A stretch of 64,000 nt of DNA from Anthoceros angustus (GCA_010909165.1 MU008174.1:558001-622000), one strand, 5' to 3'; counted from the first letter of the stretch, positions 1-13,399 are shown. The notes: generated by a model not told the origin, from the letters alone. Translations and numbers: made by a program.

Positions 1-3000
1 TCAAAAACTCACGTACATACCTCAAAAAGCGTAGCGAGAGAATAAGAACTTACGCCTTCAAGAGATACCAGGTTGCTTGCTCTCCCAAGCTAGATTATCC
101 AAGACTTATTGGGCAGAGGCCATTCTTTCAGCAACCTATCTCATCAATAGACTGCCGACATCTGCAGTCCAAGGTATGACACCTTATGAAGCCTTTATTG
201 GTAGGAAGCCTTCAATCGACCATCTTGAGTTTTGGATCTCCGCTTATGTCTTTATACCTAAAGCACGGTGAAGCTAGATCCTAAGGGCCAAGTATACTTT
301 CATTGGCTACAGAAGGCATCAAAGGATACAAACTATTTGATCCTGCTGGAAGCTCTTATATGCGAGTGTCACTTTTAATGAGTCCCATATACTTTCACCT
401 TGTTAGCTCCTGCGGACACTCCTCATGATGTTCTTCCTCCCGAGAACACCGAGTATTCATCTTTTGATGATCATGATTTCATAACTCAACATATTGTCCT
501 GCTCCTGTTCACATTGTTGCACCTATCTGCAGAGGAGGAGGAGCTACATATCCTCGGCCTCGTGGGCCTACGACTCGGATCCCGAAGAACCTCAACACCT
601 TGAGGACATCCCGATCTCAGAGGACACCAAGAACCTCTTGAGGATGATTATCAGTCGAAGATGAGCCCGCTTCTCCTATACGAACCACTCATGAAGAGGT
701 CGCGTTGATGATGAACAACACCAAGGTACAACGAGAACTAGACCGATTATTTGGGACCTGGGATGGAAAGAACCACCCCTGGGATACCTTGCTACCTTTG
801 ATGATCCTATTTCTCCCTTCTCCCTTTTTCACCAGGCTGTCTATAAAGCCACTGTTGATCCCGAAGAACCTCTGACCTTGAAACAAGCATTTTCCTCTCC
901 AGAGAAAGACTTGTGGAAAGTAGCAGTAGATTCTGAGTATAACTCATTAGTTAAAAACTCGACATGGGAATTGGTGAAACCACCTAAGGGCAGAAAAATA
1001 GTGACTAGCAAGTGGGTATTCAAAATCAAACGAAAGGGTGATGGTTCCATTGAGAGATACAAGGCACGATTAGTGGCTAGAGGGTTTACCGGATCACAGT
1101 TTAGATTATCTACCCCATGCCACTTATGCACCGTTGCCAAGTTTGCCTCCCTAAGAATGATCTTAGCCTTAACCACACAACATGACCTTCACCTCCACAT
1201 GATGGATGTCAACCCGCATGGACGTCTACAAGAGGAGATCTATGAGAGACAGGCTATGAGGTCAAGGGAAAGGAAGATTGGGTGTGCAAACTTATTAATT
1301 TTATGGCACAAGCAATCGAAAAGAATGGAATGTCATCATACATGTCAAGCTAGTTAATCGTGGCTTCAAACGAAGCAAAGCCGATGCTAGCATGTACATA
1401 TTGAAATCGAAGTGATATAATTTACCTTCTACTTTATGTCGACGACTTGTTTATGGCCTCATCTTCCTTATCCCTCCCAGAAATCAAGGCATGGTTACGA
1501 AGTCATTTTGAGATGGTGATCTAGAGATGACCTTATGCCCTTGGCGTTAATATCATCGGGGATAGAGGCAACAAAACTCTAAGCTTAGTTCAGACTAAGT
1601 ATATTAAAGAGAGTTTAACAAAATTTGATTAGAAGAAGCAACCCACTACCCCTTTGTTAGTGGCATTAGGCTCACCTCAAATATGAGCCCTAAAAGCGGT
1701 CACGAAGCATGATATCGGCGGTACCATGTAGACATCTTTTGACACCACGATTTGCATGCCGCTTCCAAGGGCACGACAAGCAGAAGTTGTTGCATATTCC
1801 AACATTCGTGCCACCGGAAGGAACATTGGCTATCGTCAAACGTATCTTGATACCTCAAAGGAACTATGCACACCGGATTGACTTACAAGTACAAACCCGG
1901 CATACCCAATTTAATCCTAACGACCGATGTCGACTATGCGTGATCCGCATAACAGAATCAGATCCGGCTATGTTCTACTATTGGGAGGTGCTCCAATCTC
2001 TTGGTCAAGTAAGAAACAACCTACAATTGCTTTGTCATCACGAGTCAGTATAGAGTTCTAACCTAGTCTCAAAGATATAGTTTGGTGTAGGTTAGCTTTG
2101 GGCGAACTTGGTCACCCCAACATAATCCCACACCTTTGTTCGTGATAGTCAAGGGGCCATAGCCTAGCTAGAAATCCTGCCTTCCACTCAACAAAGCACA
2201 TAGCAATTGAATACCACTACATTCGAAATGCTAGAAAACAAAACAATAGACATAAATTACATCCAAACTCGGGAAAATAAATATATTAACCAAGTCATTA
2301 GGTCGTGATTTACATCTTAGACACATGAAGAGTTTAGGAATACATGAGCTCAAGACTAACATAGTAAGCTAGTGGAACTAACTACAAACCACATAGTCGG
2401 TCTAGCATCTCAAGATCGCCTCTTCTTAAGTAGTCCTCCATATCCTTAGCTTCCCGCTCCAATGCCCAAACAGATTCTATACATAAAACTTAGAAGTCAA
2501 GTTTGGAAATAGTGAAAAATATTGAAGTTACTAACTTGTATGTAAACTTACTGTAAAGGTGTTTCGTATGTCCTTCATACTCCTCACATGGGGAAGCACC
2601 TAGCCATACCATCTTTATTCCCTTTTTATGGCATATGTACTCAGTGGGAGCCTTATGATCATTTGGACCCCCTGGAAATATGAGGTAGGTAGCCTTTACT
2701 AGATTCCCGGCCGGTAGGTAGGAATCAACCACTTTCTCTTTAATATTCTCCTCATGGGATGCACGTAGTGGGATAGCAAACCTCACATGGCTTGTGCCCA
2801 CACATTTATCATCATCTGCATCAAAAATATTTTTCTTTTTAAGTATGCTTGAAACCAGCTTACAAATAGGGGAACCTTCTACCCTCACTCACATTTCTTC
2901 TCAAAGATATAGTTTGGTGTAGGTTAGCTTTGGGCGAACTTGGTCACCCCCAACATAATCCCACACCTTTGTTCAGTGATAGTCAAGGGGCCATAGCCTT

Positions 3001-3217
3001 AGCTAGAAATCCCGTCTTCCACTCCAGAACAAAGCACATAGCAATTGAATACCACTACATTCAAGAAATGCTAGAAAACAAAACAATAGACATAAATTAC
3101 ATCCAAACTCAGGAAAATACGGCCGATATATTAACCAAGTCATTAGGTCGCGATTTACATCTTAGACACATGAAAAGTTTAGGAATACATGAGCTCAAGA
3201 CTAACATAGTAAGCTAG
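1..3217 (+). mobile_element. Ty1/Copia retrotransposon pol remnant (integrase C-terminus, RT, RNase H), frameshifted
   Basis: ORF pieces YWAEAILSATYLINRLP (integrase), [32 protein letters not shown] (RT), YVDD at ~1435-1446, DSQGAIALARNPVFHSRTKHIAIEYHYI..ADILTK (RNase H). Domain order INT-RT-RH. Confidence 0.93.
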
Positions 3218-3299
3218 TGGAACTAACTACAAACCACATAGTCGGTCTAGCATCTCAAGTTCTGCCTCTATTTCTAAATAGTCTTCATAGTATTCCTTA

Positions 3300-4303
3300 G
3301 CTTCGCTCCAATGCCCAAAGCAGATCCTATTCACATAAAATTTAGAGTCATGTTTGGAAATATAAAAATAAATAAGTTACTAACATATGTAAACTTCTAT
3401 AAAGGTGCTTTGTATGTCCTTCATACTCTCACATGGGGCACCAACCATACCATTTTGATTCCTTTCTTATGGCAAACATATTACTGGGGGGTAATGATCC
3501 TTTTGGACCCCCACATATGTAGGTAGCCTTTACAAACTTCCCAGGTAGGTAGATCAACCACTCTCTTTAATATTCTCCTCATGGGATGCTTTGTGGGATA
3601 GCAATCCTCAAGTGGCTTGTGCCACACACTTTATCATCATCCATCAAAATATTTTCTTTTAAGTATGCTTGAAACCAGCTTACAAATAGGGGAACCTTCT
3701 ACCCTCACTCACATTTCTTCTCAGCATATCCTACTCCTATGCTCTCCTTGAGGGCATTGGCCCCATCGGCATCACCGAAGTCTTCACCGACACAAGGGTA
3801 TGATCTCCAGCTTGGGCTTCCCTCACATACAGCTTGGCGAGGTGTCTTCATCGAATCACCGATGAACTCATCTTCATCAGGCTCCACTTCAAGGTCGTCA
3901 TAGCATGGTGGATCCGTCGTCATTGGTGAACTAGGCGACGAAGCTCGGATCCTGCGAAAATTGGGCAACTCCGGTATGTTATGATCTTCACTACGGCTCC
4001 TTGATGAAGGTGGTGAAGATTGTCGATAGGGGACTTCACCGGCACCTAATAACAAGCAAAGTGATTAGGAAAGAGAACCAATGAAAATGCAGAGATATTT
4101 TGGTAATTTCGAAATACTAGAAATAAGGTGTTTATTTTATGGGACTCACGTTTGCTAGCTGGATTCTCAAGAGCTTCAACCAGGACTTGTGATTTGCTAA
4201 TCCTTGTCTGAATATTGAGGAAATCCAGCCCATCATCAGCATCTTCAGCCTCATCCCCGATGCGATAGACTGGACTCCAAGGATTTGCACCAGGAACATC
4301 CAC
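3300..4303 (-). CDS. Antisense, intron-containing extra ORF in the Copia 3' region, unknown function
   Basis: ORFs 4046-4303 and 3705-4055 join in frame (..ASK R AGEVPYR..) across a GTGAGT...TTAG intron at 4149-4046. A continuation (VRVEGSPICKL..) is readable in the duplicate at 2490-2888. Confidence 0.55.
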
Positions 4304-4759
4304 GCCGGCAGAATCGTGGAGCCCACATGATAATCACATGCCACAGAGAATTGTGGCTGGACTCCTCAGCGCCCCCGACACGGGGGCGGCCTTGAAGCGG
4401 AGCGCGCGGGAGGCCACCGCCTCACCATGGAGGGATCCGCCGGGTGGGGGAGATATGAGACTGAGCCTAGAGTGCTTAATCTGAGTTTGCGAATCTCGAC
4501 CCATTTTTCGAAAGACACACTCGCAAGTCCCCATCCAGTCGATCTGACCTTTTAAGCTGCGAGTTTCGATGAATCTCTGCATATTTACCCCGTATGACCA
4601 CACGGATGACAACTATGCAAGGGATTTGGTATAGATTTTCTTTCAGCTATTAGGTTTAATTCTTTTAAGCTTATAGCTTCTCATTAAGTGGGAGCTTAAG
4701 CATGTTTTAGGCCTCATTTTGAAGCTAGTTCTCACCCCTACATTCATAGTGAGTGGGAG

Positions 4760-5026
4760 TGATGAAATATATCTAGGTTAGGGCAATATTCATTAGGGCA
4801 CCTTACTTAAACATTATTATATATCTAGGGCATTAAGTAGTTACTTAATTAGTTGCTCTAGGTAGTTAGTTGTTATATTAGTTACAACCAACTGACGGTT
4901 ATAACAACTTATGGTTATAACCGCCTAACCACCTAACCACCTTGCCTATAAATAGGCTTTGTACTTTCTATTATATACATTGTAATGCAAACATCTTTAT
5001 GCTAGAGCTTAGCATGATTTTCATCA
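4760..5026 (+). mobile_element. Copia LTR flanked by both a PPT and a PBS
   Basis: TGATGAAA...TTTCATCA terminal inverted repeat. Purine tract GAGTGGGAG at 4751-4759. TATAAATA inside. TGGTATCATAGC (tRNA-Met-type PBS) at 5027-5038. Confidence 0.88.
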
Positions 5027-5229
5027 TGGTATCATAGCGACTTTCTCTTGATGCTAGAGCTACTTTCCTATTTCCTCTAAGGCATCCATTCTCCTATGCT
5101 TCCTTTCCAATTAGATTTTTAAATGGAACTTCGCGGTGGAGATCTCGCTTTTGGTAGCAAATGGATCAAGCTCAGCATCATGCTTTAAGGATGCACAATT
5201 TGTGCATCAAATCCTTGCCCTTGCACCAT

Positions 5230-8200
5230 GGATTTTCATCATTCTCCTCCGACATAAGAGTGAGGCTTTCGACTGCTTCAAGTCATATGTGGCCTATGCA
5301 CAACGACAGACATCCAGCAAGGTTCGAATTCTTCGAACGGATAATGGTGGTGAGTACACCAGCAATGCCTTTGCTTCTTTCTGTCAGGAGGAAGGCATCC
5401 TGCATCAATTCACAGTACCCTATACACCAGAATAGAATGCTTTTTCGGAACGCAAGAACAGAACTTTGCAAGAAGCCACCTTAGCTTCCCTTTCCTTTGC
5501 TGGACTTACCCGTGGGTATTGGGATGAAGCTTTGATGGCAGCTAATTATGTTCAGAACCGTCTTCCCACTAAGGAGCTTGGTGCAGTCACTCCCTTTGAG
5601 CGATGGACTGGCAAGAAACCCCGAATCAACCATCTTCGCATCTTCGGAGCGCCAGCATATGCAAGACTCTACTGATGAAATAGTCACGACTGATACAAGC
5701 CATGATGATGAGGAGGCTACTTCAGGTACTCCTGATATTGAGGAGACTGTTGCTGTTGACAATCTAGAGTCTGACCCTGAAGAAGAGCGTCCTACCTTAC
5801 GTCGTTCTACACGTATTCGTAGACCTATGTCAGAGTGGAAGGAGCCTCCATACACTGCCCAAGTAGTTACATCCTCGCCTTAGCACTCAGTGTTTCAGCC
5901 TCTCTAGGAGAGCCCGCTACCTATAAGGAAGCCTTAGAAGGTCCGGAGGCACCCTTTTGGCAAGCTGCTATAGACTCCGAGTACCAGTCACTTATTAAGA
6001 ACCAACCTTGGAAGCTAGTTGACCTTCCCAAAGGTAGAAAACCTGTAGCATGCAAGTGGGTTTTCAAGAAAAAGCTAAACACTGATGGTACTGTAGGGAG
6101 ATATAAAGCACGCCTTGTGGCAAAGGGATATAGCCAGATTCCAGGTCTTGATTACAATGAGACATTCGCACCTGTAGTCAAGTCCACATCTCGTTAGGAT
6201 TCTCTTGGCAGCGACTCATTACAATCTCCTAGTACACCAACCGGATGTTAAACGCCTTTCACGAATGGCTTACTCGAGAGGAGGACATTTACATGAGTCG
6301 GCAAGGTTTGTCATCGACGAGGACAAGGTTTGTAAACCTCAAGACACTTTATGGGCTTAAGCAGGCCTCCAGACCCTGGTATGAGGTATTTCACAAGCTT
6401 CTCATCGAGCTAGGATTCACTTGCCTAGATGCGATACAAGCGTATACATCCCGTGGGATGGAAATGCACTTTGTAATTCTACGATCTATGTGGATGATAA
6501 CTTCCTATTTAGTAATTCGCCCACCTTATGGCTCGTGATTGCATATCCCGCTTTCTCTTTGAAATGACCCGTAGGTATTGGGCTGAGCTTTGATGGCGAC
6601 TGTTCGAACCGTCTTCCCACTAAGGAGCTTGGTGCAGTCACTCCCTTTGAGCGATGGTGGCAAGAAACCCCAACCATCTTAGCATCTTGGAGCGCCGGCA
6701 TATGCAAGACTCTCATGAAATAGTCACGGCGTGCAAGCCATGATGATGAGGAGGCTACTTGGTGTCACGATATTGAGGAGGCATTGCGTTGACAATCTAA
6801 GTCGACCACGAAGAGCGTCCTACCTTACGTCGTTCTACGCGTGTCGTAGACCCTATGTCGAGTGGAAGGAGCCCATACACCGCCTGTAGTTACATCCTCG
6901 ACAGCACTCGGTGTTTCAGCTCTAGGAGCCCGCTACCTATAAGGAAGCCTTAGAAGGTCAGGAGGCACCCTTTTGGCTGCTAGACTCTTTGAGTATCCGG
7001 TCACTTATTAAGAACCAACCTTGGAAGCTAGTTGACCTTCCCAAAGGTAGAAAACCTGTAGCATGCAAGTGGGTTTTCAAGAAAAAGCTAAACACTGATG
7101 GTACTGTAGGGAGATATAAAGCACGCCTTGTGGCAAAGGGATATAGCCAGATTCCAGGTCTTGATTACAATGAGACATTCGCACCTGTAGTCAAGTCCAC
7201 ATCTGTTAGGATTCTCTTGGCCATAGCAGCTCATTACAATCTCCTAGTACACCAACTGGATGTTAAAACTGCCTTTCTGAATGGCTTACTCGAGGAGGAC
7301 ATTTACATGAGTCAGCCCGAAGGGTTTGTCATTAACGAGGACAAGGTTTGTAAACTCCTCAAGACACTTTATGGGCTTAAGCAGGCCTCCAGAGCCTGGT
7401 ATGAGGTATTTCACAAGCTTCTCATCGAGCTAGGATTCACTTGCCTAGATGCTGATACAAGCGTATACATCCTGTGGGATGGAACAGACTTTGTAATTCT
7501 CACAGTCTATGTGGATGATAACTTCCTATTTAGTAATTCGCCCACTCTTATGGCTCGTATCAAGCATATCCTGCTTTCTCAGTTTGAAATGACTGACTTG
7601 GGCGAACTCACCTTTTCACTGGGTGTACAGTTTCACCTCAACAGGACTGAAGGTACCATAGACATTCATCAGGAGCACTTCGTCCATCAGCTCCTTGAAC
7701 GTTTTCATATGCTTGATGCCAAACCTGTTGCCACCCCTATGGCCCTTGGCGAGAAGCTGTCTCTGGAGCAATGCCCTGTTACTGATGAAGAGAAGTCGAT
7801 TATGAACAAGGTTCCTTATAGACAAGCTGCGGATCCTTGATTTATCTTGCTGGTTGGACTCGTATGGACATAACACGAGCAGTGGGAGCTGTAAGCCAGT
7901 TTTTAGAGAATCCTGGGCAGCCCCACTGGACTTCTTTTTAAGCGGATATTTAGATACCTCAAGGGTTCAGCTCGTAAAGGACTGCGTTTTTCGAAGGCCA
8001 AGGATGGTTTGAGTCTCACAGCTTACTGTGATGCGGATTGGGCAGGGGACCCAGACACCCGTCGCAGTGTGGCAGCCTATTGCACATTCATGGGCAACTC
8101 AGCTGTTTCATGGAGCAGCAAGAAGCTATTTACAATCTGTTTATCGTCAACAGAAGCTGAGTATGCACCATGACTCATGCTGCGAAGGAGATTATTTGGA

Positions 8201-8460
8201 TCCGAAGTTTTTGAAAGGACTTGGCCAGCTACAGCCTGGACCCACCACCTCTCGGGGTGATAATCAATCCGCAATCGCACTCATTAGAATCCGAGTGTTC
8301 CATGCTCGATCAAAGCACATCGAGATCAGTCACCATTTCATACGTTAGGCAGCTGAACAAGGAGAGGTAATTGTATCCTATGTTCCTACAGAGGACAATG
8401 TTTCAGACTTGCTTACAAAAGCACTCTCCAAACCTGTACATGATAAGCATACACTAGGCT
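5230..8460 (+). mobile_element. Second Ty1/Copia pol (integrase, RT, RNase H); gag/protease missing
   Basis: LRTDNGGEY, VPYTPE, YWDEALMAANYVQNRLP (integrase); QLDVKTAFLNG, LYGLKQ, VYVDD (RT, ORF 6989-7840); DNQSAI..HARSKHI (RNase H). Confidence 0.95.
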
Positions 8461-8787
8461 GAGGCATTTGCTTGATTCCTGCTGTTTCCACCAAGGGCAC
8501 TGCCCATTAGCTAGGTTTTAGGTTCTAATCATCCAGTGGGAGTTGCTTGCCCTGTCTCTTCAGGATATTCACCAGGTCTTCTCGAGCCTGATCTGCTTTG
8601 GCAAATTCTTCCTTGAGGGCTGCACAACCACATGGACAGTTAAAGTTTTTCCTAGCATAGGACAGAGTTTTAGAGCAATGTTGTCATACAGTCACTTACA
8701 TCCATATTCCACTCTCACCCCTCTCAGTAACATGAGGGGTAGGTTTCTCCTTTGCAGTTGTGTCACAGTTCTTCTTTTCTCCATGCT

Positions 8788-9270
8788 TCAGAGAGTCGTT
8801 GCTGCTGTTCTTCTTGCTTGTTTCTTCACAGTCTGCTTTGGGCTCTTCCTAGCAAGCTTCACTCCCCATTCCTTTTCCATGTAAGCTTCATCATCCGAGT
8901 CCACTGGCAGAGGTATCTTCATGTAGGTCTTCAGCTCTTCCTTGTCACAAGCCACACTAGCTACTCCCTTCTTTCCCCTTTGCTCAGTCTCCTTGCAAGT
9001 TGCTTGGTGGAAGTCAGCAGCTGGCGCAGCATACACATTTCGAGGATTTCCCTTGCCATCGAAGTTCTGGAGTCGCCTTGCTGTCTTCGCCTTCGACCCT
9101 TCAGCTGGGAATGGAGCGCCTCTTGGGGAGTAGAAGGACACTAAGCTGGACTCAAGACAGTACATTGCGTGAAGACAGGACTGCCTCTCAGTGAACTTCT
9201 GGACGGGTATCCAGATCCTCTCGCAGTTGAGGCATCTCAATCCTTGGATTGAATCACCCATGGAGCACAA
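8788..9270 (-). CDS. Antisense extra ORF in the 3' region of the second Copia
   Basis: 160-aa ORF between the RNase H stop and the PPT, with a CLNC motif and a basic/acidic tail. Position mirrors the antisense ORF of the first Copia. Confidence 0.4.
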   Translation of the reverse strand: MCSMGDSIQGLRCLNCERIWIPVQKFTERQSCLHAMYCLESSLVSFYSPRGAPFPAEGSKAKTARRLQNFDGKGNPRNVYAAPAADFHQATCKETEQRGKKGVASVACDKEELKTYMKIPLPVDSDDEAYMEKEWGVKLARKSPKQTVKKQARRTAATTL

Positions 9271-9544
9271 GTCAAGTCTAATGTGGGAGGCGGCCAGGAT
9301 CCGAGAGCCGGAGAGGAAGGAGGTGAGCCGTGGCAGGAGATCACTAGCATCAACAGATTACATGTAGGCGGGGATCAGCCATCGCCTAGTTATAGGGAGA
9401 GTGGAGCGCAATTAGAAGTGAGCGTAAGGCACAACTTCACGCTCAACTTGTGGAGCGCAGGACTCATTGCCATTCAAGGCCAGCCTGCCTTAAAAGGACA
9501 GAATCTTTCAGACTTTAGTTTACTTCCCATTTTTGAAAATTAGA

Positions 9545-9695
9545 ACTAAGTGGGAGTATTAGAATAGCTTAAATAACTGGATAAATAAGATCAGTTATAT
9601 AGCTATGGGTAGTTACTTATTTTCAGTTCAAGCAGTTTAACTACCGAAGCGCTACTATGCCTATATGGCTTATTTCCCCTTTATTGAATATAACG
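9545..9695 (+). mobile_element. PPT and start of the 3' LTR of the second Copia (LTR end not found)
   Basis: AAGTGGGAG purine tract followed by AT-rich LTR-like sequence starting TATTAG. Confidence 0.5.
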
Positions 9696-10324
9696 CTTTT
9701 CTCTCGTACTTGCTTCCTGCCTTCTTGCACATGCCCTGGCTTGGTTTGACCACCGCCTAGAGCTAGATCCCGCCATCCATGGCGTACACACACCCGCTTT
9801 TATGCCAGCCTTTGTAGGCCTCTTACTCTATCTTGCGTCTAGAGACGCCATAAAGCAAGCCTGATTGTGCTTGAAGCAAACACACCTTCTGAATCATTGT
9901 AGGCGCATTGATCAATCCATGCCAAAAGACACTACAATATGCTCGCTCTCCTCCGACCAACACTTCTTTTGTCCCTTCTTGCCTTTCTTTCCAACTTTTC
10001 CTTCCTTCTTACGATGAATTTGCAATAAATTCCCCATCATTCTTCCACGTCTGATCCCAATCCTCTACCACCAATGCCTTGCAGTGACTTGACCCTGAGC
10101 AAATGCTCTTGCACCTTCAAAGGTCCCGTGCTCTTGTCCCCACACTGCCATCCATCTCAGCTAAATAACAACTTTCCGCCACAGTTGCTCCCACATTCCT
10201 TCGGCCCCTAGCTCATTGACTTCCCCCCACTCGACGAGTGTTCCTCCGTCCCAAATTGTCACGATCCACCGGTAGCGGCTATTGGATCCGCCACGATCAC
10301 CACTCATGTCCAAACTCACGAAGA

Positions 10325-10697
10325 TGTAATCGGCATTTCTCGGAGACGGGAGACCAAAACACGAAGGGCGCAGCAGGATGGAATGCGAGAGAGAGTCTTG
10401 ATTTTTGGGAACGGGCTGAAGTAGCCCCCGCTCCTGTCCATGCACGTGTCCTTTTCTCATATTTGGGGTTATAAGCAGTTCGTAGCTAGGTTAGTGTCAT
10501 CCAGGTTAGCCTAACTCATCCCAACTCGCTGGCCTATCTGCCTCAACCTTCCTAATGTGTGCCTTAGCCCGCTCATTGCTGCGTCTTCCTACGCTAGCCT
10601 GTAGTCCGTCTAGCTACTGATCACATAGCTAGCATCTATCATCAAGCTGGCTTGTCATGCTTGTCCGCTCACAGTCTGTATATATCTGACTGTGACA
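10325..10697 (-). mobile_element. Solo LTR of the chromovirus family at 29392-32560
   Basis: TGT...ACA ends; closely similar over its full length to 29392-29768; no matching TSD. Confidence 0.85.
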
Positions 10698-10699
10698 GT

Positions 10700-12985
10700 A
10701 ATGGGATCCTTGTGGAGCTTGGAGTAAAACTACCATATGCAACAGAAGACGGTTCTATACAACTAAGTGCTTTAGAGGACATGTATGAAGTAGTCCTTGT
10801 TTATATTTGGTTAGCGCAACGCTTTCAGCACCATTGATTCCCTTGCGTAAAAATTGTGATTGGATTGGAAAATTAATATTTCTAAATTAATTTATGAATC
10901 CTTAGCTCATTGGAAACAAATGTCTAGTGATCCACCTCCTAAGGAAGATGAATACTCGTGTATGTAATGACGTAGCAACAACAAGATCCTCTATGCCATT
11001 TATTATGATTGAAATCAACTTTTCATTTAATTATTATTATAAAAATATTATTTTAATATAGCATATATAATTATTAATTACGTTTAAAATTTTTCTAAAC
11101 AACCGGCCTAAGTTGCCTCTCACATACAATCCATCCATATCTCTTGAGCATATCATTGCATCCGGGAATGCCTCAAAAACCAGCCTTGAAAATGGTTAAG
11201 CCATATCCCTTCCAAAACATACCCATCCTCAAGCACTACTCAATCTACGCGCCCATATAGTCTCGCAAAGTACCAAGAAAGAAACAAAGGTCGAAAGTAG
11301 AATGATGCGACGGAAGGCACCGCGGTGCATTGAATGATGGATTCAAGAAACGAGCACCAAATAATATGCTTGCAGTTAAAGCTTACGATCAATGCCTCCA
11401 AGACACGCTCAAAACCCGTAAAGAAAGAATACGTGTGCCGGTAGGCTGGCGCATTTGTTTGTTTGTTACGGCCAATTTTCTTACGGCCTTGTCTCAAGGC
11501 ACCAAAAATTTGAACCATCGGATAAGTATGTAGGTACTAATGCTTTCCATTTCTTGAGGGATTGGTGAGTTTTTTCAAAGATTATTTTGCATTGTGCATC
11601 TTGATTAATTTTTTTTAGAATATTATTTTTTCATCTTGAGCCTAGATGAGTTTCTTCAAAGATTCGTTCATGTTCCACAGTTGAATCAATAAGTTTTATA
11701 AAAAATATTAAATATGAAAATTAATTTTTCCTGTATATGTTACGTTGTATTATTCATAGCATATTAAGCATAAGATACGGCTTGCACACATCTTGGCATG
11801 GTTTTAATTTGTCCAAGTAGAATGGTGGTTTCAATGCACTAGCTGCTTGCAACTCATGTGCAATTGTTTGCAAGAAGATAATTAAATTATAGATTAAAAA
11901 GGTAAATAGCTCCAGATCTATGGGATGTAGCTTTTGAAAACATTTACACCGTAAAATGAAATAGAATGCCTTATATATCTAAAAATAGTTCTCTTCTCCT
12001 GGTTCCCATTCTATTGGTGGCCATGTCAAATTAAGTTTCTCGCTTATCTCTTTGAGTACAGTGACACAACTCTTTTTTTTTGGTACTATGTCTTCTTCTT
12101 GTGCCCTATTTATCTCATGCACTTTTCGTTTCTTACTACCATTTAAATTTCCTTGGTCGTCTCCATAAATAACTGGGTTGTGCATATTACGCGTTGATCC
12201 ATTTGCTCGATTAGCATCTCCAATCCACTTGAACCATCTTCTTGTTGATTCTCTTTCCTTCACATGCGACACACCCACTTTCTTCATCACATCACTTGAG
12301 TGGATGGAGTTTATCACAAATTCATATCTCTTTTGGAGGCTCTTAAGGTCAGAAAATTCGGGACGCTCGCGTTTGTTTGGAACGGGTGCAACTCGATAGG
12401 TCTGATACACACACTGAGATGAGTGATCATGCTTGTCATTTCTTTGATGATGCATCTCAAATGGTCTAGCATGAGGGTGCTTCATTGTCTTCTCCCTATT
12501 TAAATTTGGTGGAGCATTTCAAGTGGTCTTACCTGAGGGTGCTTCGATGTCTCGTCCCTACATAGTTGGTGTATTTCAAGTGGTCTAGCGGGAGCAGGCT
12601 CTATTGTCTCCTCCTGAATTTGGTGGCGCATTTCAATTGGTCTAGCTCGAGGGTGCTCCATTGTCTCCTCCCTACTTTGGTGGCGTATTTCAAGTAGTCT
12701 AGCCTGAGGGTGCTCCGTTATCTCCTCTTCTCTAAATCTGTATCTTCTCTAGCTTTGTGTTGCCTCCTCTGAGAGTGGCTTACGAACGACCTCAAGATTC
12801 AAAGCGCAAAAATAAGCTTGATAAAAAGTTATAATATAATAAAGTAAGTGGTCTCTTATATATATTTGATGGGGAATTATGTGGGACAATATCCAAGGAA
12901 TATTTAATGTCTCAAGAGTCGTTGTTCAGGATCTTTAGAAGTCTATTGCATCAAAGAAAACATTACGTGATTTAGTTATTGTAGG
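10700..12985. repeat. Paralog of 45535-48207 (SUV3-like 3' end, spacer, convergent repeat-protein ORF)
   Basis: Colinear high similarity, e.g. GILVELGVKLP..LEDMYEVVL, and ORF 11979-12485 versus 47000-47704. Confidence 0.9.
11979..12485 (-). CDS. Hypothetical protein, paralog of 47000-47704 with one C-terminal repeat unit
   Basis: 168-aa ORF nearly identical to 47000-47704 apart from repeat number. Confidence 0.45.
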   Translation of the reverse strand: MKHPHARPFEMHHQRNDKHDHSSQCVYQTYRVAPVPNKRERPEFSDLKSLQKRYEFVINSIHSSDVMKKVGVSHVKERESTRRWFKWIGDANRANGSTRNMHNPVIYGDDQGNLNGSKKRKVHEINRAQEEDIVPKKKSCVTVLKEISEKLNLTWPPIEWEPGEENYF

Positions 12986-13089
12986 CTAGTTTATATTCTA
13001 ACATATATTAATTTTTTATAACATATAAATATTATTTTTAAAAACATACTAAAAAGAGAGTCGTTATCAAAACATTGCAAGCTGGTGTG

Positions 13090-13300
13090 CAAGTCTGTGA
13101 TTTCTGAAGGAATTTTTGGCTGCTGAGGGTGTCTATTGTGGTTGATGGAATTGAGGAACTGAAGCTTTTTGCTAGAATGGGTGTCAGGATGTGATGCTAC
13201 GGTGCTTTTGGGGATGCATATGTGTTGTTGTAATATGATTTCTCATATGGTCGAGTTGCAGTTAAAGTTCGTGAAATCATGCTAAATTATGGTGGCTCAA
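13090..13300 (+). pseudogene. Highly decayed PPR E-domain remnant
   Basis: Readable pieces DAYVLL and AVKVREIM..GG resemble E-domain motifs; broken frames. Confidence 0.3.
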
Positions 13301-13399
13301 TGTTTTCCCAAGAGATGAGTCTTGTTTGGGGGGGGCTCAGGCATTGCGGTCGCTTACAATGCACCGAACACACACGCGTGACCTTATGTGTGTAACGAC

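Noticed and set aside
9700-10324. Possible coding remnant on the minus strand
   Set aside because: Lys-rich fragments only, with no recognisable motif.
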